NCBI GenBank assembly: GCA_963555815.3
Contig: CAUVWX020000002.1
Location: 448,001 to 512,000, forward strand
DNA: 64,000 nucleotides
Direction: 5' to 3'
Source: a bacterium
GTDB lineage: Bacteria; UBA8248; JACPRG01; G963555815
Below, piece after piece: positions 19,566 to 27,796 of the stretch; position 1 is the first letter of the stretch, and each line of letters opens with the position of its first letter. The notes under the pieces were generated by a model, which was not told the origin of the DNA, searched no databases, and saw nothing but the letters and a program-made list of their open reading frames with translations. Made by a program: the position numbers and the translations under genes.

Positions 19566-20072
19566 TTAGGGAGAGGACTCGGCCTCCGCCTCCTTCTCAG
19601 ACTCTCGGTGCGGCTCAACCAACTGCGCACTCTCGGCGGATTTCTCTTGAGGATCTTTCTCTGACTTCTCTTGAGGATCTTTCTCTAACTTGGCCGGCGG
19701 CTGATGAACTCCCTCCGCCCCGCCGCGCTCTGATTCAGGCCGTTCCCGAACCGGCTCCGCGTGGAGTTCGGCCGGCGTGGTGATGCCAGCTCGCACCCGG
19801 ACCGTCATGTATTTCAGGACAGCCTCCGTGATCTTGAGGTGACGCTCTAGCTCCTTCAGCACAGCGGACTCCGCTCGGTAGCGAAGGAGGACATAATAGC
19901 CGTAACGATTCCTCTTGATTTCGTAGGCGAGGCGCTTTTTCCCCCACCGCTCTGAATTACTCAGTTCGCCCCCTCCGCCGGTGACAATCTGCTCAGCGGC
20001 CTCAACCCGCCGTGTGATCTCCTCCTCCTCCAGGTCTGGCTGGAGGATGAAGACGCTTTCGTAATAACCCAT
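19566..20072 (-). CDS. rpsF: 30S ribosomal protein S6 with long charged tail
   Basis: YE..FI..PD, WG.KRLAYEI, G.Y; upstream of ssb-rpsR. Confidence 0.96.
   Translation of the reverse strand: MGYYESVFILQPDLEEEEITRRVEAAEQIVTGGGGELSNSERWGKKRLAYEIKRNRYGYYVLLRYRAESAVLKELERHLKITEAVLKYMTVRVRAGITTPAELHAEPVRERPESERGGAEGVHQPPAKLEKDPQEKSEKDPQEKSAESAQLVEPHRESEKEAEAESSP
19642..19689. repeat. 24-bp tandem duplication (1 mismatch) in the rpsF tail
   Basis: ttctcttgaggatctttctct(g/a)ac x2, encoding EKDPQEK twice. Confidence 0.85.
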
Positions 20073-20090
20073 CCCGATAGCTCCTTCGAA

Positions 20091-20765
20091 TCAGGGGGAG
20101 AACAGGCGCGCCGTCACCAGGGAGACAATGGCCGCGAGCTTCACGCGCACCGGGGAACGCCCCCGTCCTTGCTCTGAGTTAACAGGTTCCCGGTCCCACA
20201 GGCGTACCAGCTCTTCCACCCGCCCCAGCCCCCGAGCGAGGATGTCGGGAAGTTCCGCCGACTCCTCCTCCGCAAAGGGAGCCAGGACATATTCCGCCGC
20301 CTGCTGGGCTTCAAGGGGCCGACCCAGGCCGATGCGAAGCCGGGTAAATTGCCTCGTCCCCAGGGACTCTATCACAGACCGGACACCCAGATGGCCGGCG
20401 TCCCCTCCACTCCGCTTTACACGAAGACGCCCCCAGGCGATGTCAAAGTCGTCGTGGATGAGCAAAAGCTCCGCCGGCGAGAGACCCAGGGCCTTCATCA
20501 GAGTCCCTACGACGGGGCCGCTCCGATTCATGAAAGTCTGGGGCTTGGCCAGAATGACCTTCCGGCCACAAAGAGAGCCATTGCCCTTCAGAGCACCACG
20601 GCCCTTTTGCCGAACTGAGATTTGGTGTCGACTGCCGATCTCGTCCAGGAGGAGAAATCCGACATTATGTCGGGTCGTCTCGTATGGAGGTTCTGGATTC
20701 CCAAGGCCGACGATGAGAAGGGGGGCCTCAGACGCTTTGCGGGCAGAGGGGCCGAAACGGCTCAA
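20091..20765 (-). CDS. pth: Peptidyl-tRNA hydrolase
   Basis: GLGNP, TRHNVGF, KPQTFMN.SG, HDD.D, RLRIG.GRP. Confidence 0.95.
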   Translation of the reverse strand: MSRFGPSARKASEAPLLIVGLGNPEPPYETTRHNVGFLLLDEIGSRHQISVRQKGRGALKGNGSLCGRKVILAKPQTFMNRSGPVVGTLMKALGLSPAELLLIHDDFDIAWGRLRVKRSGGDAGHLGVRSVIESLGTRQFTRLRIGLGRPLEAQQAAEYVLAPFAEEESAELPDILARGLGRVEELVRLWDREPVNSEQGRGRSPVRVKLAAIVSLVTARLFSP

Positions 20766-21487
20766 TCCCCCTTGGCCTCCTTCCCCCCTTTGGCTTCCTT
20801 GCCAGCCTTGGCCTCCTTTCCGCCAGGCTCCTCGGCACCCTCCTTAGGTGGGGGCTTCTCTTCCCCAGCGGCGGCAGCCTCACCTTCCGCCACCTCCTCA
20901 ACGGGCGCAGCGACAACCTCCTCGGCCACCACCGAGATACTGGCCACGGCCTCACTCGGGTCATTCAGAACGGTCACTTCAGCGGGAACGGCAATATCGC
21001 TGACGTGGAGCGCTTGGCCGATCTCAAGGTTCTCCACATCGGCTGTAACGGACTTCGGGATGTGGATGGGAAGACACCGCACCTTGAGCGCATTCACCTG
21101 CTGGGAGAGAAGGGTCCCCGTCACCAGAACCAGCACTTTTGGCTTTCCGGTCAGCTCAATCGGAACCTCGACCTCCACCTCTTTCTCCATGGAGATTCGC
21201 ACCAGATCCGCGTGTAGGAGGTCGCCTCGAATCGGGTCCATCTGAAGCTCCCGAACCATGACGGTCCGATCCTTAGATTCCTCTCCAGCCACCTGGAGCT
21301 TCATTAGGGCGTTTTCCCCCGCCTCGGTCCGAAGCGCCTGCCTAAGCTCTTTGGCGTCTAAGGCCAACGGGAGGTTCTCCCCTTCTCCATACATGATAGC
21401 CGGAATGAAACCCCTTCTGCGAAGCCGTCGGGCAAACCCTTTGCCCCGCCCCTCACGATTCTCCGCTTTCAGGAAAAGCTCCTCCAA
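20762..21487 (-). CDS. rplY: 50S ribosomal protein L25/Ctc (long form)
   Basis: GK..ARRLR..G.IPA..YG, HADL, C-terminal beta domain; between prs and pth. Confidence 0.95.
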   Translation of the reverse strand: MEELFLKAENREGRGKGFARRLRRRGFIPAIMYGEGENLPLALDAKELRQALRTEAGENALMKLQVAGEESKDRTVMVRELQMDPIRGDLLHADLVRISMEKEVEVEVPIELTGKPKVLVLVTGTLLSQQVNALKVRCLPIHIPKSVTADVENLEIGQALHVSDIAVPAEVTVLNDPSEAVASISVVAEEVVAAPVEEVAEGEAAAAGEEKPPPKEGAEEPGGKEAKAGKEAKGGKEAKGD

Positions 21488-21497
21488 GACCCCTCCT

Positions 21498-22445
21498 TTA
21501 CACGAATAGTGAACTCACCGAGGACTCGCTGTGGATTCGCTGAACCGCCTCCCCCAAGAGACGGGCGACGGAGAGGACTCGGATGCGGGGACACTCCTGA
21601 GCACGGGGGCTCAAGGGGATGGTGTCCGTCACCAGGACCTCCTTGAGTCCCGAGTCCTCAATCCGCTCAATGGCCTGACCCGAGAAAACAGCGTGAGTAC
21701 AACAGGCATAGACCGCCTTGGCCCCCCGGGTCACGAGTGCTCGCGCCCCCTCTGTCAGGGTCCCGGCCGTGTCGATCAGGTCGTCCACGATGAGGACATC
21801 CCGACCTTCGACCTCTCCGATAACATTCATCACTTGGGCAGCGTTGTCGTTCCCCCTCTCACGCCGTTTATCGATGATACCCAGGTCGCCGTTCAGGCGC
21901 TTGGCGAAGGCTCGAGCCCGCTCGACCCCCCCCGCGTCCGGAGAGAAAACACTCAGGTTCGACCAGGACCTCTCCCGGAAGTACTCGATCATGACCGGGG
22001 CGGCGAAAAGGTGGTCCACCGGAATATCGAAAAACCCCTGAATCTGACCTGCATGAAGATCCATGGAGAGGATTCGGTCAGCCCCAGCCGCACCCAGAAG
22101 ATTCGCCACCAGCTTCGCCGTGATAGGGACCCTCGGCTGGACCTTCCGGTCCTGGCGAGCGTAACCGAAATAGGGGATGACGGCTGTGATCCGCTGGGCC
22201 GAGGCCCGGCGGAAGGCGTCAATCATGATGAGGAGTTCCATCAGGTTGGCGTTGCTGGGGGTGCAGGTCGACTGGACGAGGAAACAGTCCCGACCCCGGA
22301 CATTTTCTTGGATTTGGACGGAGATCTCGCCATCGCTGAAGTCCGTGATCTGGACCTCCCCGATGGAAGTCCCCAGATAGGCTGACATTCCTTCGGTCAG
22401 GCCTCTGCTGGCCCGGCCCGAAAATAGCTTCAGCTCGCCGTTCAT
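21498..22445 (-). CDS. prs: Ribose-phosphate pyrophosphokinase
   Basis: FSDGE, PYFGYARQDRK, DLHA.QIQGFFD, SPDAGG, DDLIDTAGT. Confidence 0.97.
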   Translation of the reverse strand: MNGELKLFSGRASRGLTEGMSAYLGTSIGEVQITDFSDGEISVQIQENVRGRDCFLVQSTCTPSNANLMELLIMIDAFRRASAQRITAVIPYFGYARQDRKVQPRVPITAKLVANLLGAAGADRILSMDLHAGQIQGFFDIPVDHLFAAPVMIEYFRERSWSNLSVFSPDAGGVERARAFAKRLNGDLGIIDKRRERGNDNAAQVMNVIGEVEGRDVLIVDDLIDTAGTLTEGARALVTRGAKAVYACCTHAVFSGQAIERIEDSGLKEVLVTDTIPLSPRAQECPRIRVLSVARLLGEAVQRIHSESSVSSLFV

Positions 22446-22475
22446 CTAAAGCGCCTCAAATCCTTCTGCGATTTC

Positions 22476-22550
22476 TGGTTGGGGCGGGAGGATTCGAACC
22501 TCCGAATGCTGGATCCAAAATCCAGTGCCTTGCCACTTGGCGACGCCCCA
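22476..22550 (-). tRNA. tRNA-Gln(UUG)
   Basis: TGGGGCG acceptor stem, anticodon arm CTGGA-TTTTGGA-TCCAG, GTTCGAATC T-loop, encoded CCA; typical position upstream of prs. Confidence 0.97.
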
Positions 22551-22577
22551 ATCCGGCTCGCCGCCCCACGGGCCCCT

Positions 22578-22885
22578 TTAGAAAGGAGCCGGCTCCTCCT
22601 TGGGGGCGAGAGACCCTGTGGGGTCTCCCCGCCTCTGCAACGTTTGCCGATATTCGCTCAGCACCCGGTCCTCACTCATCCGGCGGGTTTCAGTGTTGGG
22701 GGGATGGGCCGTGTCCTTAAACACACCATCCTCTCGCCTGCGGCTGGGCATGGCAACAAACAGCCCGTTCGTCTCTTCAATGATCTTCAAATCGTGAACC
22801 ACAAAGCAGTGGTCGAAGGTGATGCCCACATAGGCCTTAGCCTTATCTTCCTCGATAGGATGGACTCCACCTCGGCGATCTCCAT
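22578..22885 (-). pseudogene. spoVG: SpoVG family protein with a 1-nt frameshift after codon 6
   Basis: RBS GAAGGGAG + ATG gives MEIAEV. The conserved body VHPIEEDKAKAYVGITFD.CFVVHDLKII....GLFVAMPS lies in another frame, and one extra base restores a 102-aa SpoVG. Confidence 0.8.
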
Positions 22886-22939
22886 CTCCCTTCACCACCC
22901 TCCCGGGACTCGTCAACCTCACAGACCCAGCCCTCACGA

Positions 22940-23818
22940 CTAGGGGCCAAAGGTCTTTTGACGGCCGCTGAGCGTCCTCGTCAGCCAGCACTCACAACTC
23001 GGGTGGCGTAAACTCCGAACGGCCCGGATTGCTGAAGTGGGGTTCGAGAAGAGGCCGTAGACACTGGGCCCACTTCCCGTCATGGATGTAAACTTAGCCC
23101 CCTCCGCCGCCAACCGTCCCCTGAGTTCCTTAATAACGGGGTGGACCGCTGCTACCACCTCCTCCAAGTCATTTGACCAGCGGTCCTTCGGGATCGCTGA
23201 GAGATCCATCGGTGGAGAATAAATAGTAGGACTCCTCCCCTTCTCTGTCAACCTTAATTTTAGCGTTTCATACGCCCAACGTGTTGAAATCATTATCCGT
23301 GGCGTCACGATGACGACTGGGCTCGACGGCTCAGGGTCCACCCCCGTCAGCCGCTCTCCCCGCCCCTCCCCCAGAGCCCTGGGGCCCTCGAGAAAGAAGG
23401 GCACATCTGTGCCCACTTTCTCAGCCAGGAATTTCAGCTCCTCCTTTGAGAGACCCCCATTCCAGAGCCGGTTCAGCCCCCACAGAGTGGCCGCAGCGTC
23501 GGAGCTCCCACCGCCTAGCCCCGCCTCCATGGGGATCCGCTTCTCGATGTAAATCGAAACCCCACCCCGAGTGCCCATGTGATCGAAGAACAGGCAAGCC
23601 GCCCGATGGGCCAGATTCTCTGGTCCGTCGGGGACATCGGGATGAGAACAGTAAACCCGAGTCCCCCCCGGCCGGCGACACAGGGTCAGCCGGTCTCTCA
23701 GGTCCACCATCTGAAGGAGGGTTGAAACCTCATGATATCCGTCTTTCCGACGGCCGAGAACCCGAAGCCAAAGGTTAATCTTGGCGGGTGGAAAAAGGAT
23801 CAGAACCTCAAGGGACAT
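22940..23818 (-). CDS. ispE: 4-diphosphocytidyl-2-C-methyl-D-erythritol kinase
   Basis: PAKINL.L, DGYH, KRIP..AGLGGGSSDAA, G.DVPFF, MTGSG; start set at ATG 23818. Confidence 0.95.
   Translation of the reverse strand: MSLEVLILFPPAKINLWLRVLGRRKDGYHEVSTLLQMVDLRDRLTLCRRPGGTRVYCSHPDVPDGPENLAHRAACLFFDHMGTRGGVSIYIEKRIPMEAGLGGGSSDAAATLWGLNRLWNGGLSKEELKFLAEKVGTDVPFFLEGPRALGEGRGERLTGVDPEPSSPVVIVTPRIMISTRWAYETLKLRLTEKGRSPTIYSPPMDLSAIPKDRWSNDLEEVVAAVHPVIKELRGRLAAEGAKFTSMTGSGPSVYGLFSNPTSAIRAVRSLRHPSCECWLTRTLSGRQKTFGP
23223..23251 (-). promoter_or_regulatory. Putative internal sigma70 promoter within ispE (for spoVG-tRNA-prs)
   Basis: TTGACA-17 nt-TACTAT with an AT-rich stretch upstream, inside an otherwise GC-rich CDS. 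Confidence 0.6.
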
Positions 23819-24626
23819 GGGGAGAATTGCGGTCGATGGAGACGACCTCCGCCCCTTCGGGGATTGGGAGGTGAAAGACCAGATCGGGGATCCCCTCGTT
23901 GACACGAAGGTTTTCATAGGTCACCCCAAAGGCTCGATGGCTTGAAGGGACCTGGATTCGGACCCTGCCCGGAAGAGGGATTCCCTCCACCTCCCGGTAA
24001 TCGTCATACTGCACCGCCAGGTGCGTCTTGCCACCCGGGCCTAAACCCTCCGCCCGAAGCGGATGAAGGGTGCGGGCATCGACCCACCACCTTCCAAAGG
24101 GTCCCCCGGGGGCGACGGATTCCAGTCGATAAGCGCCGGTCCTCTCTTCATAGGCAATGCGGAGGGACTCGGATGTTAAAAGCTTTGGCAGGTCTCCCCA
24201 GAGGAGAGAGACGATCTCCCCGGGCTCCACTGGGACCCCCAGCCAGAGAAAGATGTTTTCAGGCGTGGCCCTGCCCTGAAGATATTTTCCCTCCTGGGGG
24301 GAATAGACTGTCAGGGATTGGTTGTGGGAGATGATGTACAGGACGGGTTGCCCAAAGAAGCTCAGGGGTTCTATCCGAAGGGATTCTTCAGCTTTCAAGA
24401 GCAGGACGGCCCGGCCCGAGTAACGCTCTCTTGGCGAGTCCACTTCCACCTGGGCCCAAGCCTTCAGGTCCTTCAAACCCCTGCGCCGGCTCTTCAACTC
24501 CTCGTGCAGGGACAGGGGATCGGCAAGATAGCGCGCCGCCTCAGGGGGAGGGGGAATCCGAGGGGTCAGGGAAGCACAGCCCATCAGCCCAAGGCCCAGG
24601 GCCAATCCCAGGGAGCCCCCCCTCAC
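23808..24626 (-). CDS. LolB-like/DUF4292 lipoprotein
   Basis: Lipobox LMGC, LRIE.LS.FGQP motif, beta-rich; sits between a TPR gene and ispE, where lolB sits in Proteobacteria. Confidence 0.65.
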   Translation of the reverse strand: MRGGSLGLALGLGLMGCASLTPRIPPPPEAARYLADPLSLHEELKSRRRGLKDLKAWAQVEVDSPRERYSGRAVLLLKAEESLRIEPLSFFGQPVLYIISHNQSLTVYSPQEGKYLQGRATPENIFLWLGVPVEPGEIVSLLWGDLPKLLTSESLRIAYEERTGAYRLESVAPGGPFGRWWVDARTLHPLRAEGLGPGGKTHLAVQYDDYREVEGIPLPGRVRIQVPSSHRAFGVTYENLRVNEGIPDLVFHLPIPEGAEVVSIDRNSPHVP

Positions 24627-26398
24627 TTCTTCTGCGCCTCTTGCAGAAGGACCTTGAGCCGGTTTAGTTTCTCTTTGACCTCGGTGTTCTCAGGGTCGTT
24701 TTCCAGAGATTGCTCCCAAGCCTTTTTGGCTTCGTCGAAACGCTCGAGATCAAAGTAGACGTCACCTAGATGGTCCAGGATGACGGGGTCATCGGGGATC
24801 GAGGAGGCCGCAAGCTCCAGCTGCTTCAGCGCCCGCTCGAGCCACCCCTTCTTGTAATAAGCCCAACCCAGGCTGTCGATGAAGGCCCCGCTATCCGGTT
24901 CGATCTCGAGCGCCCGCTCGATAAGGGCGATGGATTCATCCAGGTTAATCCCCTGCTCCGCCCACATGTAGCCCAGGAGGTTATTGGCGTTCGCGTTGTC
25001 CGGATCGAGCTCAAGCGTCTCCCTCATCGCCTCGGCGACATTCTCATAGTCCTTAAGATCGTAGTAGGCCACTCCCAAGTCAAAGTGGTAGCGCTCGCTC
25101 GCGGGCTCCAGTTCTATGGCCTTCTTGTATTCGGCTACGGCCTCGTGGTGTTTTTCTTGCCGCACCAGGTAGGCCCCAGCCAAATAAAAGCCCCGCGCAT
25201 CTTCGGGGGCAAGCTCCTGAAACTCCCGAAGGACCTTTTGGGCATCTTCTTGCCGTTCCAACCCCACCAGAATCCGGCTCATCAGCAGCCGGCTTTCCAG
25301 GGAATCGGGGTGCCGCTCAAAGAGGGCCTCCAACTCAGCCAAGGCCTCAGCAAGCCGGCCTCGTTCTTCATAGATCAGGACCACGGTCCTCCAGACAAAC
25401 TCGTCATCTGGCCGGGTTCTAAGAAAGAGGCGAAACTTCTCCAAGGCCCGTTGATAGTCCCGTCGCTCAAAGTAGAGAAAGCCCAGGGCTCGGTGAGCCA
25501 GGCTGCTATCGGATTGCCCCAGGCTGGGGACCTCCAATTCCCCCTCGGCCTCCGCCCCCTCCCCCTGGCTGCCGGAAAGCTGGTCCAGGCGGGCACGAAC
25601 CGGGCCATTTTGCGGGTTGACCAGGAGGGCCCTCTGATAGGCAAGGATCGCCTGGTGAACCTCGCCCCTGAGCTCATGGACCTCACCCATGCGGATGAGG
25701 GCCGGCTCAAAACGCGGAAGGATATTCAGCGCTGTCTGGAGAGAGCTCAGAGCTTCGTCATAGAGTTCGGTGCGGGCGTAGAGGTGGCCGAGAAAGAAAT
25801 GGGCGAAGGGGGAGCTGGGCTCGAGTCTGAGGAGGCCTTGAAAAACCTCAATGGACTTTCCGCTCTCCCCCACCTCAGAGAGGAGGGTGCCCAGATAGAG
25901 ATGGGCCTCTCGGGAATCAGGGTCAGCGTGAATGATCGCCTCATACTGGGTGATGGCATCTTCCCGACGCCTCAGCCCGGAGTAGATTCCTCCCAGCAGC
26001 TCTCGATTCGGCAGATGGTCTGGGGCCAGGCGAAGGGCCGCCTCCGCCTCGGAAAGGGCTCGCTCGATGGCCCCCTGGCGGAGGAGGGCCGAGGCCAGGG
26101 CCTGCCGCAAGACGGCCGAGTTGGGGTCTGCACGGACAGCCTGCTCATAGGAGCTAATCGCTTCTGCCTCATCGTCCTCAACATCTTTGAGAAGACCCTC
26201 AAGGTAATGAAAAATGGCCTCGGGGGGCTCTATTCCCTCGGCCGCAGAGAACTCCTCAGGAACACCCTCACGAGGAGTTTCCCCCCCTCCATTAGAGGGG
26301 CCCGCCCAGAACTCCGAGGAGAGAAGTGAGGTACAACCCACCCCCAACAGGAGAAGACCGGCCACCAGGAGGAAAGAAGACACCGTTCCTTTATTCAT
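24623..26398 (-). CDS. Tetratricopeptide-repeat lipoprotein
   Basis: Lipobox GVGC, many TPR-like helical repeats, C-terminal N.LGY..A / DSLGW.YY / HLGDVY motifs. Confidence 0.88.
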   Translation of the reverse strand: MNKGTVSSFLLVAGLLLLGVGCTSLLSSEFWAGPSNGGGETPREGVPEEFSAAEGIEPPEAIFHYLEGLLKDVEDDEAEAISSYEQAVRADPNSAVLRQALASALLRQGAIERALSEAEAALRLAPDHLPNRELLGGIYSGLRRREDAITQYEAIIHADPDSREAHLYLGTLLSEVGESGKSIEVFQGLLRLEPSSPFAHFFLGHLYARTELYDEALSSLQTALNILPRFEPALIRMGEVHELRGEVHQAILAYQRALLVNPQNGPVRARLDQLSGSQGEGAEAEGELEVPSLGQSDSSLAHRALGFLYFERRDYQRALEKFRLFLRTRPDDEFVWRTVVLIYEERGRLAEALAELEALFERHPDSLESRLLMSRILVGLERQEDAQKVLREFQELAPEDARGFYLAGAYLVRQEKHHEAVAEYKKAIELEPASERYHFDLGVAYYDLKDYENVAEAMRETLELDPDNANANNLLGYMWAEQGINLDESIALIERALEIEPDSGAFIDSLGWAYYKKGWLERALKQLELAASSIPDDPVILDHLGDVYFDLERFDEAKKAWEQSLENDPENTEVKEKLNRLKVLLQEAQKK

Positions 26399-26898
26399 CT
26401 CAGTTCCTTCATCCGCCGCTCTAACTCTCCCCGAAGCAGGGCCCGGCGTACTTGCTGTCGGGTCTCCGGATCCTGAAGAATCTCGAGCTCACGGTCTAGC
26501 GCCTTGACGTCGGGATCTTTGAGGGTGATCCCCTCAGCCGCGATCCGCCTTGCGTCCTCTGAAGTCGCAGACCCACTGCTAGGAAAATCGTGGGGGGAGG
26601 AAACGATGGGACCCAGGTTGAAGAAGATCCTGTCGATAGCCTCTTCTCCCACGACCGCGTTCAGCCGGACGCGAATGTCCTCTCGCATGAGGTTCAGCTG
26701 CTGCATCCAGACCGAGTCTCGAACGCGGACATAAAGGGTCTTGCTGCGCACCTCAACCGGTCGTGCCACGCGGACTACGGCCTCCCCCACCACTTCGTCC
26801 CAATGCCGGAGGACTTCCTGGCGAGCGAGTCCCTGCCCCCAAGGGGTTTTCTCTTGAAGCCTTGCGAGGACACGGCCCACAGAAGAAAACCGACCCAT
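26395..26898 (-). CDS. DUF721/DciA-like protein
   Basis: W..VVG......ARP......L.V.V.DSVWMQQL motif; start set at ATG 26898. Confidence 0.8.
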   Translation of the reverse strand: MGRFSSVGRVLARLQEKTPWGQGLARQEVLRHWDEVVGEAVVRVARPVEVRSKTLYVRVRDSVWMQQLNLMREDIRVRLNAVVGEEAIDRIFFNLGPIVSSPHDFPSSGSATSEDARRIAAEGITLKDPDVKALDRELEILQDPETRQQVRRALLRGELERRMKELR

Positions 26899-26900
26899 CC

Positions 26901-27635
26901 TCAAAGCCTCCCCTCGGCCCTGGCTTCCTCTTGGAGGCGACGAATACCTGACATGATGACATCCGTGATGGCCTGCCTCGTTTCTTTGGAGGAAGACTGA
27001 TCTAGCAATCCCTGGAGGTCCAAGGGCTTCCCGAATCGGACACCCAGGCGTTGGCCAATTCGAACTCGCTTTCCCACCAGCTCCCACGGCGGAATGGCTC
27101 TATCGGTCCCCCACACCACCGTTGGGATGACGACGGGTCGTGCGGCGTGAACGAGGCCCCCAATCGGGCGTTTTCCTGGCAGGAGGTTTCCGTCTGTGGT
27201 CCGAGTCCCTTCCGGAAAGATGAGGACCTTTCCCGACCGCATGGCCGTGATGATCTTGCGGATCGCTCTCAGGTCCCGACCGGTCCGCTCTATGGAAATG
27301 ACTCGATAACTTCGAAAAAGCCGCCGAAGGAAGGGGGTCCGGAACAGCTCAGCCTTGCCCACCGCCCGGATGAGCTGAGTGGGATAGCGTGTCAAGATAG
27401 CTGCCGGAATCACAGTCGGGTCTAGGTCCGAGATGTGGTTGCTGACGACGAGAACCGGGCCAGTAGCAGGAATATTCTCTAGTCCCTCAAAGGAAGTGCA
27501 ATTCAGGATCTTAAGATAGAAGAGCACAACGCCCAGCGAAAACCAGATCCAGCAAAGCCAGAGAACCTGACGAAATCTCTGACCCAGAGCCCGGATGGCC
27601 CCGGCTCCAACAGTATCTGGTTCCGTCATCGTCAT
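26901..27635 (-). CDS. plsC: 1-acyl-sn-glycerol-3-phosphate acyltransferase (PlsC family)
   Basis: NHISDLD (HX4D) and FPEGTR motifs. Confidence 0.85.
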   Translation of the reverse strand: MTMTEPDTVGAGAIRALGQRFRQVLWLCWIWFSLGVVLFYLKILNCTSFEGLENIPATGPVLVVSNHISDLDPTVIPAAILTRYPTQLIRAVGKAELFRTPFLRRLFRSYRVISIERTGRDLRAIRKIITAMRSGKVLIFPEGTRTTDGNLLPGKRPIGGLVHAARPVVIPTVVWGTDRAIPPWELVGKRVRIGQRLGVRFGKPLDLQGLLDQSSSKETRQAITDVIMSGIRRLQEEARAEGRL

Positions 27636-27667
27636 GGTCCTCTCATCATCGCGCTTAATCGCGCTTA

Positions 27668-27696
27668 AGTATAGAGGGCCTCCCGCGGCTTTGCAA
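27668..27696 (-). promoter_or_regulatory. Putative sigma70 promoter for the plsC-led operon
   Basis: TTGCAA-17 nt-TATACT. Confidence 0.6.
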
Positions 27697-27720
27697 TATC
27701 ACCCCCGCCGCGAGTGCCTC

Positions 27721-27750
27721 TTGCATCTGTCCTGATGCCTGCGTTATAAA
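27721..27750 (+). promoter_or_regulatory. Putative sigma70 promoter for the PMM/PGM operon
   Basis: TTGCAT-18 nt-TATAAA. Confidence 0.45.
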
Positions 27751-27796
27751 CGTTTCTGCCATTGTGGCGAAAGGGCCATCTGAAGAGAGCTTGTCG

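Noticed and set aside
20073..20200. S6:S18 ribosomal leader RNA upstream of rpsF
   Set aside because: The position fits and pth has an odd C-terminal extension over it, but I could not build a convincing structure by eye; it needs an Rfam scan.
22400..22600. Integrative element at tRNA-Gln
   Set aside because: No integrase, no duplicated tRNA 3' end, and the flanks are conserved housekeeping genes.
24770..26329. Long antisense ORFs (519 aa here; also 2062..3429, 13373..14449, 42148..43269, 54423..55496)
   Set aside because: They are shadows of well-supported genes on the opposite strand, expected with high-GC codon bias, and have no motifs of their own.
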